A stretch of DNA of 59,918 nucleotides, counting the filler, from Sphacelaria rigidula (lineage: Eukaryota), in NCBI GenBank assembly GCA_964200075.2. It is 9 parts of 9 records of this genome, joined end to end, with 100 filler letters (N's around TTAATTAATTAA, not from the genome) between each part and the next. Parts side by side here need not be neighbours in the genome. Positions count along the whole stretch, not along the records: positions 33,346 to 39,914 come from CAXNAA020019304.1; positions 40,015 to 46,582 come from CAXNAA020019305.1; positions 46,683 to 53,250 come from CAXNAA020019306.1; 6 more parts are not named here. One strand, given 5' to 3'. Each line of letters starts with the position of its first letter. Position 1 is the stretch's first letter. Positions 37,001 through 48,400 of this stretch are shown one piece after another. The position numbers were made by a program, and so were the translations under genes. A model generated the notes under the pieces. The model made no database searches and was not told the DNA's origin. It saw only the letters and a program-made list of their open reading frames with translations.

Positions 37001-38645
37001 AGCGGTCTTCGACCTTCGGCCCCCCATCCTTGTACGCGGTCGAGCTTTCCCCGCGAGTTGGCGTGCGAAAAAATGTGTTGGTGTTGATCATTTTATGTAC
37101 CGCAGCGCATTTTAGGAGGCGTCTACCATTATCATTCCGGGTGTCTCTGCCATATTTTCCCAATGCCCGAACGTCATCCACGCCTCTTCCCTCTCTCTTT
37201 GCGGTACGAGCATTGGCATCCATCACGAGTATTAGGCGCCCGTTGGTGGAGAGTTGTTGTTGTTGTTGTTGTTGTTGTTGTCTTCGCATTAAAAACCGTT
37301 TTGATATCTGCGCGGTACATTCGTACTGGGCATCTGATGCGGACGCCTTCCGTGGTCACAGGCTAGCTAACTATAATAAGGTATGAGGAAATCAAACAAA
37401 ACAGAAAAAAACACAAAAGACCCAGATTAAAAATTCACAAAACAAAACTTCAGCGATGGAATTACAGAGGGTCTTCCAGACCTTGGTATTTTCAGAGCCG
37501 TGTGTTGTCTCAGTAGGAGCATACGATACCATGAAGGTTGTGGCAACTCTATGCCTGAAAACTACTCGTACCTCAAGGATCCTTGCATTCGCGTTTTCGG
37601 GGACAATGCCTTCTGGGCCTAGCGTGCTGGCAATAGACTCCTTAATGGTAATGCCGACTCCGAGCACTCCCGGTTTGACCCCAGTCTCCATCGCAGTGTC
37701 CACTGCAGTGAACGATGTATCCTGCTGTTGGCGCATGGAAGGCTGTTCTTCCATCGCGATGGCTTTCTTGAAGGGCGACGAAATTACAGTCATATTTGGA
37801 TGCGAAGATCAGCAGGCCCTCAGCGTGGGCTGTATCGTTGGTTCCTCTCTCGGCCGTCGGTCATGGTTCGTATATTTTAGGTGGCAACTACCAGCTATTT
37901 GGACCGAGACGCTGCCCTTGCTGCTCGCCGAGCTGACCTTTCTCTCCTCTTGTTTCATCTCTCCGTGTCCATTTTCTTCTGGTATTAGATCTCCCATTCG
38001 TGGGCTACTGTCTGTTTCCACCCCTCTTCCGCCTACTCTGGTTACTGCCTATTTTCTCCTGCACGGGGTTCAGGTGACCCCGCGCAAGTCGACCTCCACT
38101 AAGCCGACATCTATGCTTACATGCGCGTCGCTGTCTACTCTCAGAGCTACGGCCGCAATGCTTCTGACAGTGGCGATGATAAGTCGGATTAGCGGCCCGC
38201 GCCGGCACGGGGAGGTTTCGATATCATCGCCATGTAACAGCAATGTTGGTGGTGGTAACCACCATATGGTGCAGGCAGTATGACAGCGATTGGTATTCCA
38301 CCCCCCACCACCGTGGCGCGGAGCAGTTTGACAGTAGAAGTCACTTATTCTCCGCACAAGCCGAGGGTTCGATGCCTTCAGCTAGCCTAGCCCGGCCCGG
38401 GTACGGGTCTGCGATCGGGGGAGGATATCGACTGTGCGACGGGTGGTAAACACCGTAAGGCTTGCGCATGCAGGAGCAATTTGACAGTAGGAGTCACCCA
38501 GCCCCCGCATGGACGTGGCGCGGAACAGTTTGACAGTAGGTGTCACTGAGTCTCCGTACTAGCCAAATTGCCGTGCCTTTCCTTGGGACGCTGCTGTCAG
38601 CCGGCCCGACTCGGCCTCAGCGGCTTGGGGGCAAGGCCGGCGGAA
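34081..38645 (-). mobile_element. RTE-clade non-LTR retrotransposon, near full length, degenerate (AP endonuclease + RT), (TAA)n tail
   Basis: APE motifs SYAPTE, LILVMDANART, LDYILV, KSDHKVV (37793-36528). RT motifs NYRSISL, QCGCRPGRSTVD, CFIDLQRAYD, GLRQGCVV, MLYGCVIW, GHVVRM (36283-34538). The 3' UTR ends in (TAA)4 at 34081-34093. The 5' boundary is approximate. Confidence 0.92.
37253..37445 (-). mobile_element. Short 5'-truncated retro-insertion with (CAA)n tail nested in the RTE endonuclease
   Basis: It interrupts NSIAEV/LSTNGRLILVMDANA, carries CTGTGACCACGG, and ends in ~9 CAA units on the minus strand. Confidence 0.65.
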
Positions 38646-39580
38646 ATCATAATTTGGCATAATTGATGAAAACGAGCACCAAACAGGTAGAATAATAATG
38701 TAGGCGAAAATGGGAGATTGCGGCCTAGGGCTGAGCCACTGAGATGTACGTGATTTATTCATCAACCATGCTTCTGGCGCTTGTTAAAGTCCGCTGCGAC
38801 ACAAGAATGTGTTTCGTGTATCGCGGATTTCGAAGAATTATAGTTGTGCCGAGTCACAATCTACACAGGAGTCGAGTTTCTGCCGTTCAAGTTCGGTCGG
38901 CGATATTATTCCGAAATTATGTCGACTGTGCGGGAAGCATGCTGTACATAATGGCGGCATTCTTTCGTTACACCGGTGACATACAGCACCGACCGTACTG
39001 ACCCTATATTGCTGTACTGCTAAGGCCTGCACCAATCGTATGGTCCGTACCCGTAGTCGCCACTCGATGCACGCAAAATAGCCACACATTCTATAGCCAT
39101 GTACCCCGTGCTGTCGACTGCCAAGTTTGAATTCGGCGATGTCAAGGCTGCGACATTCGATCAATCATATTGACCCTGCTGCGCGTCGGCGCTGTTGGGG
39201 TGTGCGCAAGCCAACGGCATTCTTAGACGCAAGAACCACCAGCATCTTACCTGAGCCATCGACGGATAGCACCGTGGTGTATGTATGGTTCGGTGCCGAA
39301 CAGGAACAGTACCAGGTCTTCAAACCTCAGGTGGACAAAGATCTTCTTCGTTTGAGATACTGTAGCATCTGGAATCTGGGATACTCCTTGTAAGCGGAGT
39401 CATTTTCCAAGTGTGATCTGGTCGAGATCCTCCGGGGAACAGAAGACGGGAAACCCCCAAAATAGTTCCAGGGAGGTTGGGGAGCGTCGTCCATACGAAA
39501 GCCATTTTTCATGATGACTTATTACATTTTATTGTTGATATGCTTGAAATATAAGATGATGGAAAATAAAGATTCCCTCA

Positions 39581-39875
39581 GGCCGTTTCTTCCGGTTCGT
39601 ATTTTGCGTGGCTCGTATTTTCCACTTTTAGGACATTTGACAAGGTTTTTGACCCCCAAACAGGGAAAGCCGCCACCACACGTCTTGGACACTTTGTATC
39701 CCCGCACCGAGAGGACCCTAGCCCACTCTTCCGATTCGCTTGGATCAGAGATTTCGAGAGCAGCCTCTGGACAAAAAGGCTCCTCTCGGTGCGGTTGGTG
39801 AAAATACCTACAGACTGTGCAATATATGTCTTCCTCGTATTTTTGTCCAGAAGCCGCTCTCGAAATCTCTGACCT
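39581..39875. mobile_element. Truncated relative of the 22186-22666 foldback MITE
   Basis: Starts TCA|GGCCG and shares CCCCCAAACAGGGAAA, CGTCTTGGACACTTTG, GATTCGCTTGGATC and TTTCGAGA with it. An internal inverted repeat lies at ~39747-39778 / ~39840-39872. Confidence 0.75.
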
Positions 39876-39914
39876 GTGACGGGTTAAGAGACAACCAACT
39901 AGACTACTGACAAG

Positions 39915-40014
39915 NNNNNNNNNNNNNNNNNNNNNNNNNNNNNNNNNNNNNNNNNNNNTTAATTAATTAANNNNNNNNNNNNNNNNNNNNNNNNNNNNNN
40001 NNNNNNNNNNNNNN
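39915..40014. other. Artificial contig linker
   Basis: N44-TTAATTAATTAA-N44. Confidence 0.98.
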
Positions 40015-40284
40015 CCAGTAGAGTCGCTCATTTTGATACTACCTACTCGACTACTCGTCTATTCGATTACTCCATAATGATTAGTAGCGCTCTGTACTGA
40101 AAGTAATATCGGAGGCGTTTCGAGGTATCAAGCATGACCTGCCGTGGGTGGGGGCTGGTGAGGTGGGGCGCTGGAGCAGGTAGGTTCATTCACCTGCACG
40201 CTTTTTTATTTTCTTATCGCCATCATTCGCCCATGCATTCAACATGGTCTGTAAAGTGACGTCACGAAGCCGCCGGCGGTCAGG

Positions 40285-40590
40285 GGTACTTTTTACTAAA
40301 GTATTACCGAGAGTACTTACTCAATATTTGAGGAGAGTATTTGAGGTCGTACTCGATCTACTCAAAATTTGAGTAGAGTATTTGAGGTCGTACTCGACGT
40401 ACTCAAAATTCGAGTAGAGTATTTGAGATCACACTCAAGTGATACTCTACACTCGAGTGTTGCTGAGAGTGTTTACTCAATATTTGAGTAGAGTATTTGA
40501 GGCCGTACTCGACCTACTCAAGCGTCGAGTAGAGTAAATACTCGAGTATTTTACTCGAGTACTCAAAAGTGTATACTCTACTCGACCTAC
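40285..40590. repeat. GAGTA/TACTC-rich degenerate tandem repeat (~41-bp unit)
   Basis: GAGTAGAGTATTTGAGGTCGTACTCGAcnTACTCAAAATTt repeats about 4 times, plus TACTCGAGTA palindromes. Weaker copies lie at 40015-40075. Confidence 0.85.
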
Positions 40591-40914
40591 CCTTGGTTCA
40601 TTTTACCGTCAAAACCTTCGCATGGGTTAAAAACACAATGAAAAGAATACTGGAACCCTACAGGGGGAGGGGGGGGGGATTGGGAGGGGAGGAGTGGCCA
40701 CTGTTGAATGCCTGATGACGTACATAATATTCTCAACAAATGACAAGAACACAAGTTCTCAAACATGAGTACATAGAAAAAAGAATGAAATTTGAATTGC
40801 GGCATGTATGCACGTGTGCCAGGGATTAAATCTCCCGTTTATTTTTTTCATTTGGGGAGGAAGGGGAAATCACATCACAGTACCAAAACTCTACTTGAAA
40901 ATAGATACGAGCTG

Positions 40915-41240
40915 GGCTAGCCCAAAAGCGGATCTGTAGGTTGCCGGCAGATTCTCACCTCCGTTTTGAGAGTTGCATTTCGAAATTTGGTACGGAAAAT
41001 CACTAGGACAAAACAAAAGACAAGATTTTGGGACCTTGAGATTTGTTTTTCATGACTTCGAGGTAACAAATAGCTTCAGTTTCCTCGAAAGCAAACGTCC
41101 CTAACCCAAACAAAAAACTGATCGTCCCGAAACGTTGTCTTTCATGATTCCATATTGTAGCGATTTTCCATACCGAGATTTAAATTAGATCTCTCAAAAG
41201 TGAGGTGAAAAATCCAAAGTTACAGGCTGGGTCAGCCTGA
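40915..41240. mobile_element. Old degenerate inverted-repeat (foldback/MITE-like) element
   Basis: TTCTCACCTCCGTTTTGAGAG...TTGGTACGGAAAATCACTA (~40952-41005) pairs with TAGCGATTTTCCATACCGAG...CTCTCAAAAGTGAGGTGAAAA (~41158-41212). A further arm-like copy lies at ~41460-41510. Confidence 0.5.
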
Positions 41241-44200
41241 AAACGGAAATGTGTGATGTGCGCCATTTGTGTTTTGGAATTTTTGGGTGGAGTGTAGCAA
41301 GGGATCAATAGAACAAAAAAAACTGAGGGATATCGAGTTTTTCCTCATAAACTAAGGACGTTTTCTTGCAATAAGGACTGTTTCGCGAGAACGTCGTTAA
41401 CTCATCATGAAAACATTAACTAATGGTGCCAAACGCTTGTTTCAATCGTGCCCTTGCGTTTCTCCATACCGAATTTTAAGGTAAAGCTCCTAAAACTGAG
41501 CTGAGAAATTTATATTTAGTGCGCTATGGATTGAGGGCAAGACAACACATCAATTTCTGACAAAAACGTCCTCAACTCATGAAGAAAAAAAAAAGGTCGA
41601 ATGTCATTTTTTATTTTGCCCTCGTGATACTTCACACCAATCTTCAAAGCACAACTCTCAAAGCTGGGACTCGAATTCCAGATTCAGTGCATTTAGTGTC
41701 TCTCCCCGTGATATATCAAGTCCAGTACAGAACACTATGTGTACCACGTCCCTAGATAGATTACGAAAGAGGTGAAGGTGAGGGTGTCGATCGTTCCTCC
41801 CGTGCTCCAAGGAATTTTTGCATAAAAAACCATGGACATCTGCTGTATATATCGTTCGGTGTTTCGTGTACACTTGGGTATGGAGATATCACTGCACGTC
41901 ACGGGGTTTACATGACATGGTGCTCAATCAGCAAAAACAAAAAATCGATCGGGCTCTCGAGCAGATGGGCATGTGCCCTTTGACTACACGATAAATAAAT
42001 GTGCGCATCACGGCCCAATTCGTCTGCGTCGATGAGATATGGGTGTGAGAACTCAAGTTCGTCTACAGGCCGACCCAGCTCGTACGTGGAGATGGCCGCC
42101 CAATACCATGGAATCAATTGACTGAAGAATGTGCGCAGGAGTCAGTGTATACCGAACATGACAAGAATATCTTGGACGATAAAACAACATATTTTGAATG
42201 AAGCGGTTGTAGATATCTGGTCGTTTACATTTCCCTCAGTGTCTGCATGGCTGTGCTCTCTGTACGAAATCTCTGGTCTTGTTACGAATGTCATGCCCTA
42301 CTCTCAGCTGCCACGTACAGCACTCACTTTTATAGCAATCGATGTCCGGCTCCATGTCCTGGACAATTCCCCCTTCCAGCACTCCCGTCTTGCAGTCCTT
42401 CTCGCAATTCTGTGCAGGACGAGGGGAAGCGACGTCAACGTGCGTCATAATAATGATTTGCTTGCTTACTTGCTTGATCGACCAATCATCACACGTATCA
42501 TCAACTATCCGCGACAAATCACGCCATGGTCACTGGTCACCATCATAGATACGAGATAGACGCACCCAAGATAAAAACACAGATAACACTCGTCACAAGA
42601 AAAGCCCTGAAAAACAGCGGGAAGAAGCAAAACAGTCAACTGAACCAAGAAAGGAAAGCCGCTTTCTTGTTCAACAGATGAATGGGGGGGAACATTGATT
42701 CAGAGTTTATGTATATAAATCTACATGTATTTCATACTTTGAACAAATCCCCCTCCGCACGACAAGCCCGTAGTCTAGTGTTGAGAACTTAATCAACCTA
42801 TTTATCCCCGGGTGCTACGCTTCCTTTCCGGACCACAAATTATCGAGCATCGCTTCAGGATCCTCGTAGCTCGTCGACCTCCGTGAACGTCATTGTTACA
42901 ATTCTCTTTTCACGTACATCCTCACGCTCGGGACAACGGGACAACGGGAACCAAGGAAGAGATTCCTACTACCAACTTCCGGGGCGCGGCCGCTCATACT
43001 CATACGTTCAAGTAACCAAGAGAGTATAACACCACGACTCAACCTCTCGCCGGTGCAGTATCATCCCCGGCTAAATTATGTGTCCCAATTCATTGGCCCG
43101 TCGGCCAGTCACGCGAAATATATATATATATATATAAATCTTTTATCAACACTGTTATACATGAGAAGCTTTGTCAGAGCGAAACAAAACTCTCTCTCGA
43201 CATTTCACTGAGCAGAGTTTTGGAGTCTCCACGGACTCTCGTGGCCTCACAGGGCAGCATTTCCTTCATGCAAACTTAGATCATGTTTTTTTTGTCGAGC
43301 CGCGGCAAGGTGCAACACATCTGGACGGGAAGTGGACATGACCAGGAGCGTCCACTGCTGCTCTGTCTTCGCCGCCGTTCTGCATGCACCGTGCTGCTGT
43401 TGTCTGTGCATGCATATATGCACTCACACAGCGGTCTGCTGGAGCTGTATATACAGTTTGTACTGTTGGGCAGCGCATACTACCTGCTTTCTCTTGCTGC
43501 ATCGTGCACACGTTTTTTCCCCGATTTCGAGCTTCGTACAAGTACTACAGCATTATTGTGGCCTGACCTGCATCGATCGCTAGCTGGTTCTTATTTCGTG
43601 CAGGTACTGACGAGGGGTAATTATGCCGTTGTTCATGGAATGCCGCTAATCAGGAGTAGCGGCAGCATACTGTGATTCCTTGATAGCGGCATACTCGCCG
43701 CTAATAAGGATAAACGCTATACACGTGATGAACAACAAATAGTGTTTCACACACCCTAAGGTTAATAGCGTCATGCTTCCCCGACATTGTTGTATAGTAC
43801 GTATAGTACTACGAGAGCAGCAATTCATCTGCACACGAAGCGTTTGAGGAAAACTTTGTGATTTTTCTATCAAATACTCAGCAGAGTTTCCCGGCGGGAC
43901 CAATCCACAAGTATTGTACACATCGTACAAGAGCAGTACTGTACTGAATAGTACCCAGCGTAGCATGTCTTGCACCAAATGACCACTACGCTATGGTACC
44001 ACACACTACAGAAATCGAACTACAATGTGCAAGGCTTCCACACACGTGAAATTACTACACAACAGATTGGCCGGCGTACAGAATAAATGCAAAACCCCAA
44101 AAAACGTGGAGCAACGCCGAAGAAAAAAGGAGAGCATAGATTCCTACTGCTGCTGTGCTCTGATAAAGTATCTGCAGTATAAAGTTTGATTCACTCACTG

Positions 44201-44390
44201 TCTCTCAACACACATCCTGATGTCTGCCTGCCGGGTTGATTTTTCGGCGTGGGTTACAGCAAACGACATATTGCCTTGCCAAGAAAGTGCCTTGCCTCTA
44301 GTCAACTGCGCCAGCTGTTCTAGCAGGCCAAAACGCGATGACAGCAGCGAGTTTGACCGTCGTGCTATCACCCCCCCACACACACACTCT

Positions 44391-44531
44391 CATGTATGGA
44401 AGAAACGCAATGAGCGCCCAAATGTTGGAAGCGTTTCTGTTGGGGAGTAGGAACGGTGAACCGTCTCGAAAGGGGCGCGTGGTCAACGGCCAGATAACTA
44501 GGGCAAGCACCAAATGAGTACACGCCCCCCC
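44391..44531 (+). mobile_element. 5'-truncated 3' end of the contig-1 LINE family
   Basis: ATGTATGGAAGAAACGCAATGAGCGCCC...CGTCTCGAAAGGG...AAATGAGTACACGCCCCCCC aligns with 2345-2481. Confidence 0.85.
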
Positions 44532-44536
44532 TTTCC

Positions 44537-44825
44537 AGTGTATAAGCCGTGGCTGTCTCTGGAAGTGGCGATACCACAAAATAAAGCAACTCATTGTAGG
44601 CTGTCATCCAAGTGCAAGATAATCCGTAGGCTTCGGGCCGGATAATCTCAGCAGGATGCAGCTCATCCTTCATGCGACTCGCCGGACACACCACGGCGCT
44701 TCGCGCTTCGCGATTGAGTGCGAGCCTGGTCCGGCAAAAACTCAGCGTGCTCCGTCCCGGCTTTGTAGGGATGCGAGGTCAATGGTCAAAGGACCAAGGC
44801 AAGCATCAAACAAGTACGCCCACCC
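44537..44825 (+). mobile_element. ~290-bp structured SINE-like element, copy 1, with LINE-type 3' module
   Basis: Colinear with 52965-53250. Its last ~80 nt are homologous to the LINE 3' end at 2408-2481. Confidence 0.75.
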
Positions 44826-46582
44826 TCGTCTACGCTATTCTTTGGCGCGGAAGGTTTTGGCCATCGGCGTGTACTCACGTTCATTAGGGACTACAAGTTC
44901 CACGTCTGGAAGTTTACACAACTCTCCACCCGCACATGGCACGATGTATGATGAGAAGCTCGTGGATGGCGACAACAAGATGGGTGTATCTGCGTTCAAT
45001 TTGCGCGCATCTGCTGCAGGAGAAAGCCTCCGCAACTGCAGTAAGGGTCCCGATATAGTCATTACTCCGCTATATCGGGGTTCGGTTATGCCAGGCGATT
45101 TTGGCATCGCTATTCAGGGCATTTCGATATTCTCGATGCCGCGATACCGGGCCCCTCACTATATTGTCACTTGCAGCATCTGACATCAGCATTTGCTATT
45201 GGGGCACTTCGTGTCCGTCTTTGTCGGTAAATCGCAGCATATTCCGGGCGGGCGGAGTTATCATGTTGACTGGACTAGCAGACTCGTGATGCAAAATTCG
45301 TTTTGCTAGAATGCGTTCGTTACAAGGAATTTCCATGCAATTAAGGAATTCCAGGTCAGCTCAAACCGATTAGTTCAACCGGAGTGGGGGTCTCGACTTC
45401 ATGGAACTACGGACTACCCCAGAGTAGGCGAAATACCAAACCATCCCCGTACCCTACAAAACCGGTCCGCCACAGAGACCTAAAAAATGGGCTGAGGCGT
45501 AATGTCTTGAATCATGGACATTGCTGCGCTACATCGTTCCTCAGTACGTTATACAGTAGTGGGACCGCGGCTTTCAACTGAGCCATTTTCTCCAAACAAA
45601 CTCAGTTCCTATTTTTTTTTTTCCCAAAATGATGAAACCTTCACATTCCTGTAACGTGCCCAATTTGCACGGCGACTCGGGTCTGTAACGTAGCCGACTC
45701 TGAAACGTTCCAACATGCCCTAGGCATCACGTTCACAGTCATGGCTTCCTACAGGGTTCAAGCAAAGAGTGGAAAACTCGGATGACAGCACCCTCGAGTT
45801 TTGGATTAAGAAAAAAAACGTTAACAGTGAACGTAATGAGAAGTGCCAGAACACGTGTGTTTCTTTGCCGTCATAGCGCCGAAACATAACTGTTCCATCA
45901 CGAGGAGTCACTGACCAGTCCCGGCAGTCGGAACATGATCCATAGGCATAGGCATGGATGAAGACCACTCGGATACAGGGCGCTCGCTTAGCAGGATGGA
46001 AACAAAAACGAAAACGAAACATAGGTTTAGCTAACAAGATATTCACTTCGTCCCGGGGAATATGACGCGTGCGAGAGAGCTTCACGTCGACCGATCTTTC
46101 ACAATCACCAACAGCACTCGCTGGAGTTGGCGCCCGCCCGACAGCTACAATGTGCAGAAGCCCCGTATAGGTAAGTGCTCCTAGCGCGGCCATCGTTCAA
46201 GGTTGTCTCACGCGCCACGGCTGAATGTACTCCATGGACTTTGGTAGTGGTAGGTAGCCCATGCAGGAAAGACAACTTATGACGCCAGATACGTGCGGGC
46301 GTGACCCACCCCCTTCGGTCCTAAATTCCCCTGCCCCTACGGAGTCGTCGTCTCTTTCACCAAAGAAGACTTACAATTTCTCCCCCGCTCCCTCCCCCCA
46401 CCCCCACTACGCGATTCGGTGCTCCGTCTCAAAAAGATACGTTGTCAGTGATCTAATGGCTCAAGGCAAGCCACTAATAACCCCCCCCCCCCCCCCCCCC
46501 CCACCCCCCCCCACCTACCGCCCCCCAAACCCCACCGCCCGCCCCCACGAAAAGAACAATGCCCAGGGGAAGACAACAAAAA

Positions 46583-46682
46583 NNNNNNNNNNNNNNNNNN
46601 NNNNNNNNNNNNNNNNNNNNNNNNNNTTAATTAATTAANNNNNNNNNNNNNNNNNNNNNNNNNNNNNNNNNNNNNNNNNNNN
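46583..46682. other. Artificial contig linker
   Basis: N44-TTAATTAATTAA-N44. Confidence 0.98.
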
Positions 46683-46810
46683 CGACATAGTCGCTCTCCA
46701 CTGTTGAGCATGGTGTGAGAAAAAATCCCAGATCACTCCGAGAATTTAACCCCACCACCCAACCGTCAGAAGGTTTCGAGGTTACGAACTGAGCCACCGG
46801 GGCGACCGGC
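46683..46810 (-). mobile_element. tRNA-derived SINE, 5' head (degenerate)
   Basis: Minus strand reads GCCGGTCGCCCCGGTGGCTCAGTTCGTAAC...GGGGTTAAATTCTC, with an A-box-like TGGCTCAGTT and a decayed B-box at tRNA-like spacing. No intact cloverleaf. Confidence 0.6.
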
Positions 46811-46813
46811 TAC

Positions 46814-46868
46814 GGGGGAGGGTACTCATGATCTTTCATGCCATGGTTACATGACCATCGACCTCGCA
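46814..46868 (-). mobile_element. Fragment of the shared LINE/SINE 3' module
   Basis: Reverse complement: TGCGAGGTCGATGGTCATGTAACCATGGCATGAAAGATCATGAGTACCCTCCCCC. Confidence 0.7.
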
Positions 46869-47328
46869 AAGGGGGGGGTGTTTTGGGGCATTTCTTCCAT
46901 TAAATTCTACTCCATCATCGTTGAAAACAGCAACGGGTGTTCGCAAGCGCTTGTTGCCGATAAAAAACGTCCTTTCATACTGCTTAGCACCGTCTTCACC
47001 CAAATACAAGTGCACCGCGAGTGTGTTGGGTCGTCTGGCACAACTATGAGCTCTCCTCTACGTGGAATCAACCCCCCCCCCCGCCCCCTCTGTCGCAGTA
47101 TGACTCCGATCCAGAAGGTGGGCAATCTTGTGAAAGCCGTGACCCCAGAGCATATTCGCCTTGCTTCAGTAGAGCCCGTGCTGCACAAGTATAGTTTTAT
47201 CAACTTTCATGTACTGTACGAGAAGCAGGCTGATCGACACCCATGCCAATATCGAACAAGAAATACAACTGACGTGATGATGTGTCTTACGTGCAACAAA
47301 CAGCGAGCACTGTACACCTGCGAGTCGA

Positions 47329-47784
47329 GGCCGCTCCGTATTACAAACAAAGAAGCCTAGGAAAAGTGTTTTTTTGGTCCTTCTCCGTCGTTTTACGCGC
47401 TGAAAGGAAGCTTGGCGGGGTTCGACACTTCGGACTTACCTGCTCTACTCGTTGAGTCGGTCCAGGATATATTTCCGTTTTCGGGTAGCCGCGGTTTTTA
47501 TTTTGGCCAAATGAGCACTTTATCCTCAGAGACGGTCAAGTCCAGAGAAAAATGAGGGTTTTGCCTATATTTGCCCGTTTTTGGACAAAATTGCAACTTT
47601 GGCCAAAACGAAAGCTGCGGCCACGGGACAACTCGAATATGTCCGGCAGCCGTCCTAACGAGTAGAGCAAGTCCTTCCAAGGTGTCAAACTCTGCATAGC
47701 TCTTTTTCAGGGCGTAAGACGATAAAGAAGGAGCAAAAAAACACTTCTGAAGGATTTTTTTTTGTTATGCTTTAAGGAGCGGCC
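47329..47784. mobile_element. Degenerate foldback MITE with GGCCGCTCC termini (Tourist-like)
   Basis: GGCCGCTCC...GGAGCGGCC|TTA, with long imperfect arms (AAGTGTTTTTTTG/CAAAAAAACACTT, TGCTCTACTCGTT/AACGAGTAGAGCA). The left TSD does not match. Confidence 0.7.
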
Positions 47785-47866
47785 TTAGTAGCATGATACC
47801 CAGAGAGCCTGTATTTGTCAAAGAGCCGTGTGCGGCGAAACCGTGGTGCGTAGTATGTTACTGCTA

Positions 47867-48016
47867 GGCCGTGTTTCAAGCTGTATCTAGGCTTTTCCTT
47901 ATTATGCTGGCACGATTTTACTTAATAGCGACCAAACATTATTTTCAAGATAAACGAATTCTTCAAAAGCCGTGCTAGCATAATAAGTAAAAGCCTAGCT
48001 GTAACTTATCGAGGCC
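47867..48016. mobile_element. Small (~150 bp) inverted-repeat element with GGCC termini
   Basis: CTAGGCTTTTCCTTATTATGCTGGCACG pairs with CGTGCTAGCATAATAAGTAAAAGCCTAG. Confidence 0.6.
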
Positions 48017-48332
48017 AAAAAAAGAAGCAGGGAGAGGAACAAGCGTCCAACAAGGAGCATGTTGATTGGTCCCCGCAACCACAGACGCGCCTGGCGATCA
48101 ATCAACATGCTGCCTTTTGGGCATCTGTTCCTTTTCGCTCTTCTAAATCTTTTTGGGTTTCGATAAGACACGACCTTAGAGGAGGGCCTTTCGATCGTAT
48201 CTCTTGTGCCCACTTCCAACAGAGATTGCCCTACGGTGGTTTTCAGTTTTTAGCTGAAGTAGGGGATCTGTGCCATTTTTTCATAGTCATGGGAATTCAA
48301 AAGTGTTTTGCGTGCCACCCCTCATCCCAGCA

Positions 48333-48400
48333 GCTCCGTCTCGAAAGGGATGCATGGTCAATGGTCAAACGACTAAGGCAAGCAACAAATGAGTAGGCCC
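48333..48400 (+). mobile_element. 68-bp 5'-truncated LINE insertion with 15-bp TSD
   Basis: Nearly identical to 2410-2478 and flanked by CCCCTCATCCCAGCA at 48318-48332 and 48401-48415. Confidence 0.92.

Noticed and set aside
36528..37289. PolyQ protein ORF
   Set aside because: The Q-run is the (CAA)n tail of a nested insertion fused to the RTE endonuclease frame.
41658..42520. Minus-strand ORF fragments with one AG/GT-bounded segment
   Set aside because: The reading frame is ambiguous and no homology was recognised.
46725..46810. Functional tRNA gene
   Set aside because: The B-box is decayed and there is no complete cloverleaf, so it is better explained as a SINE head.
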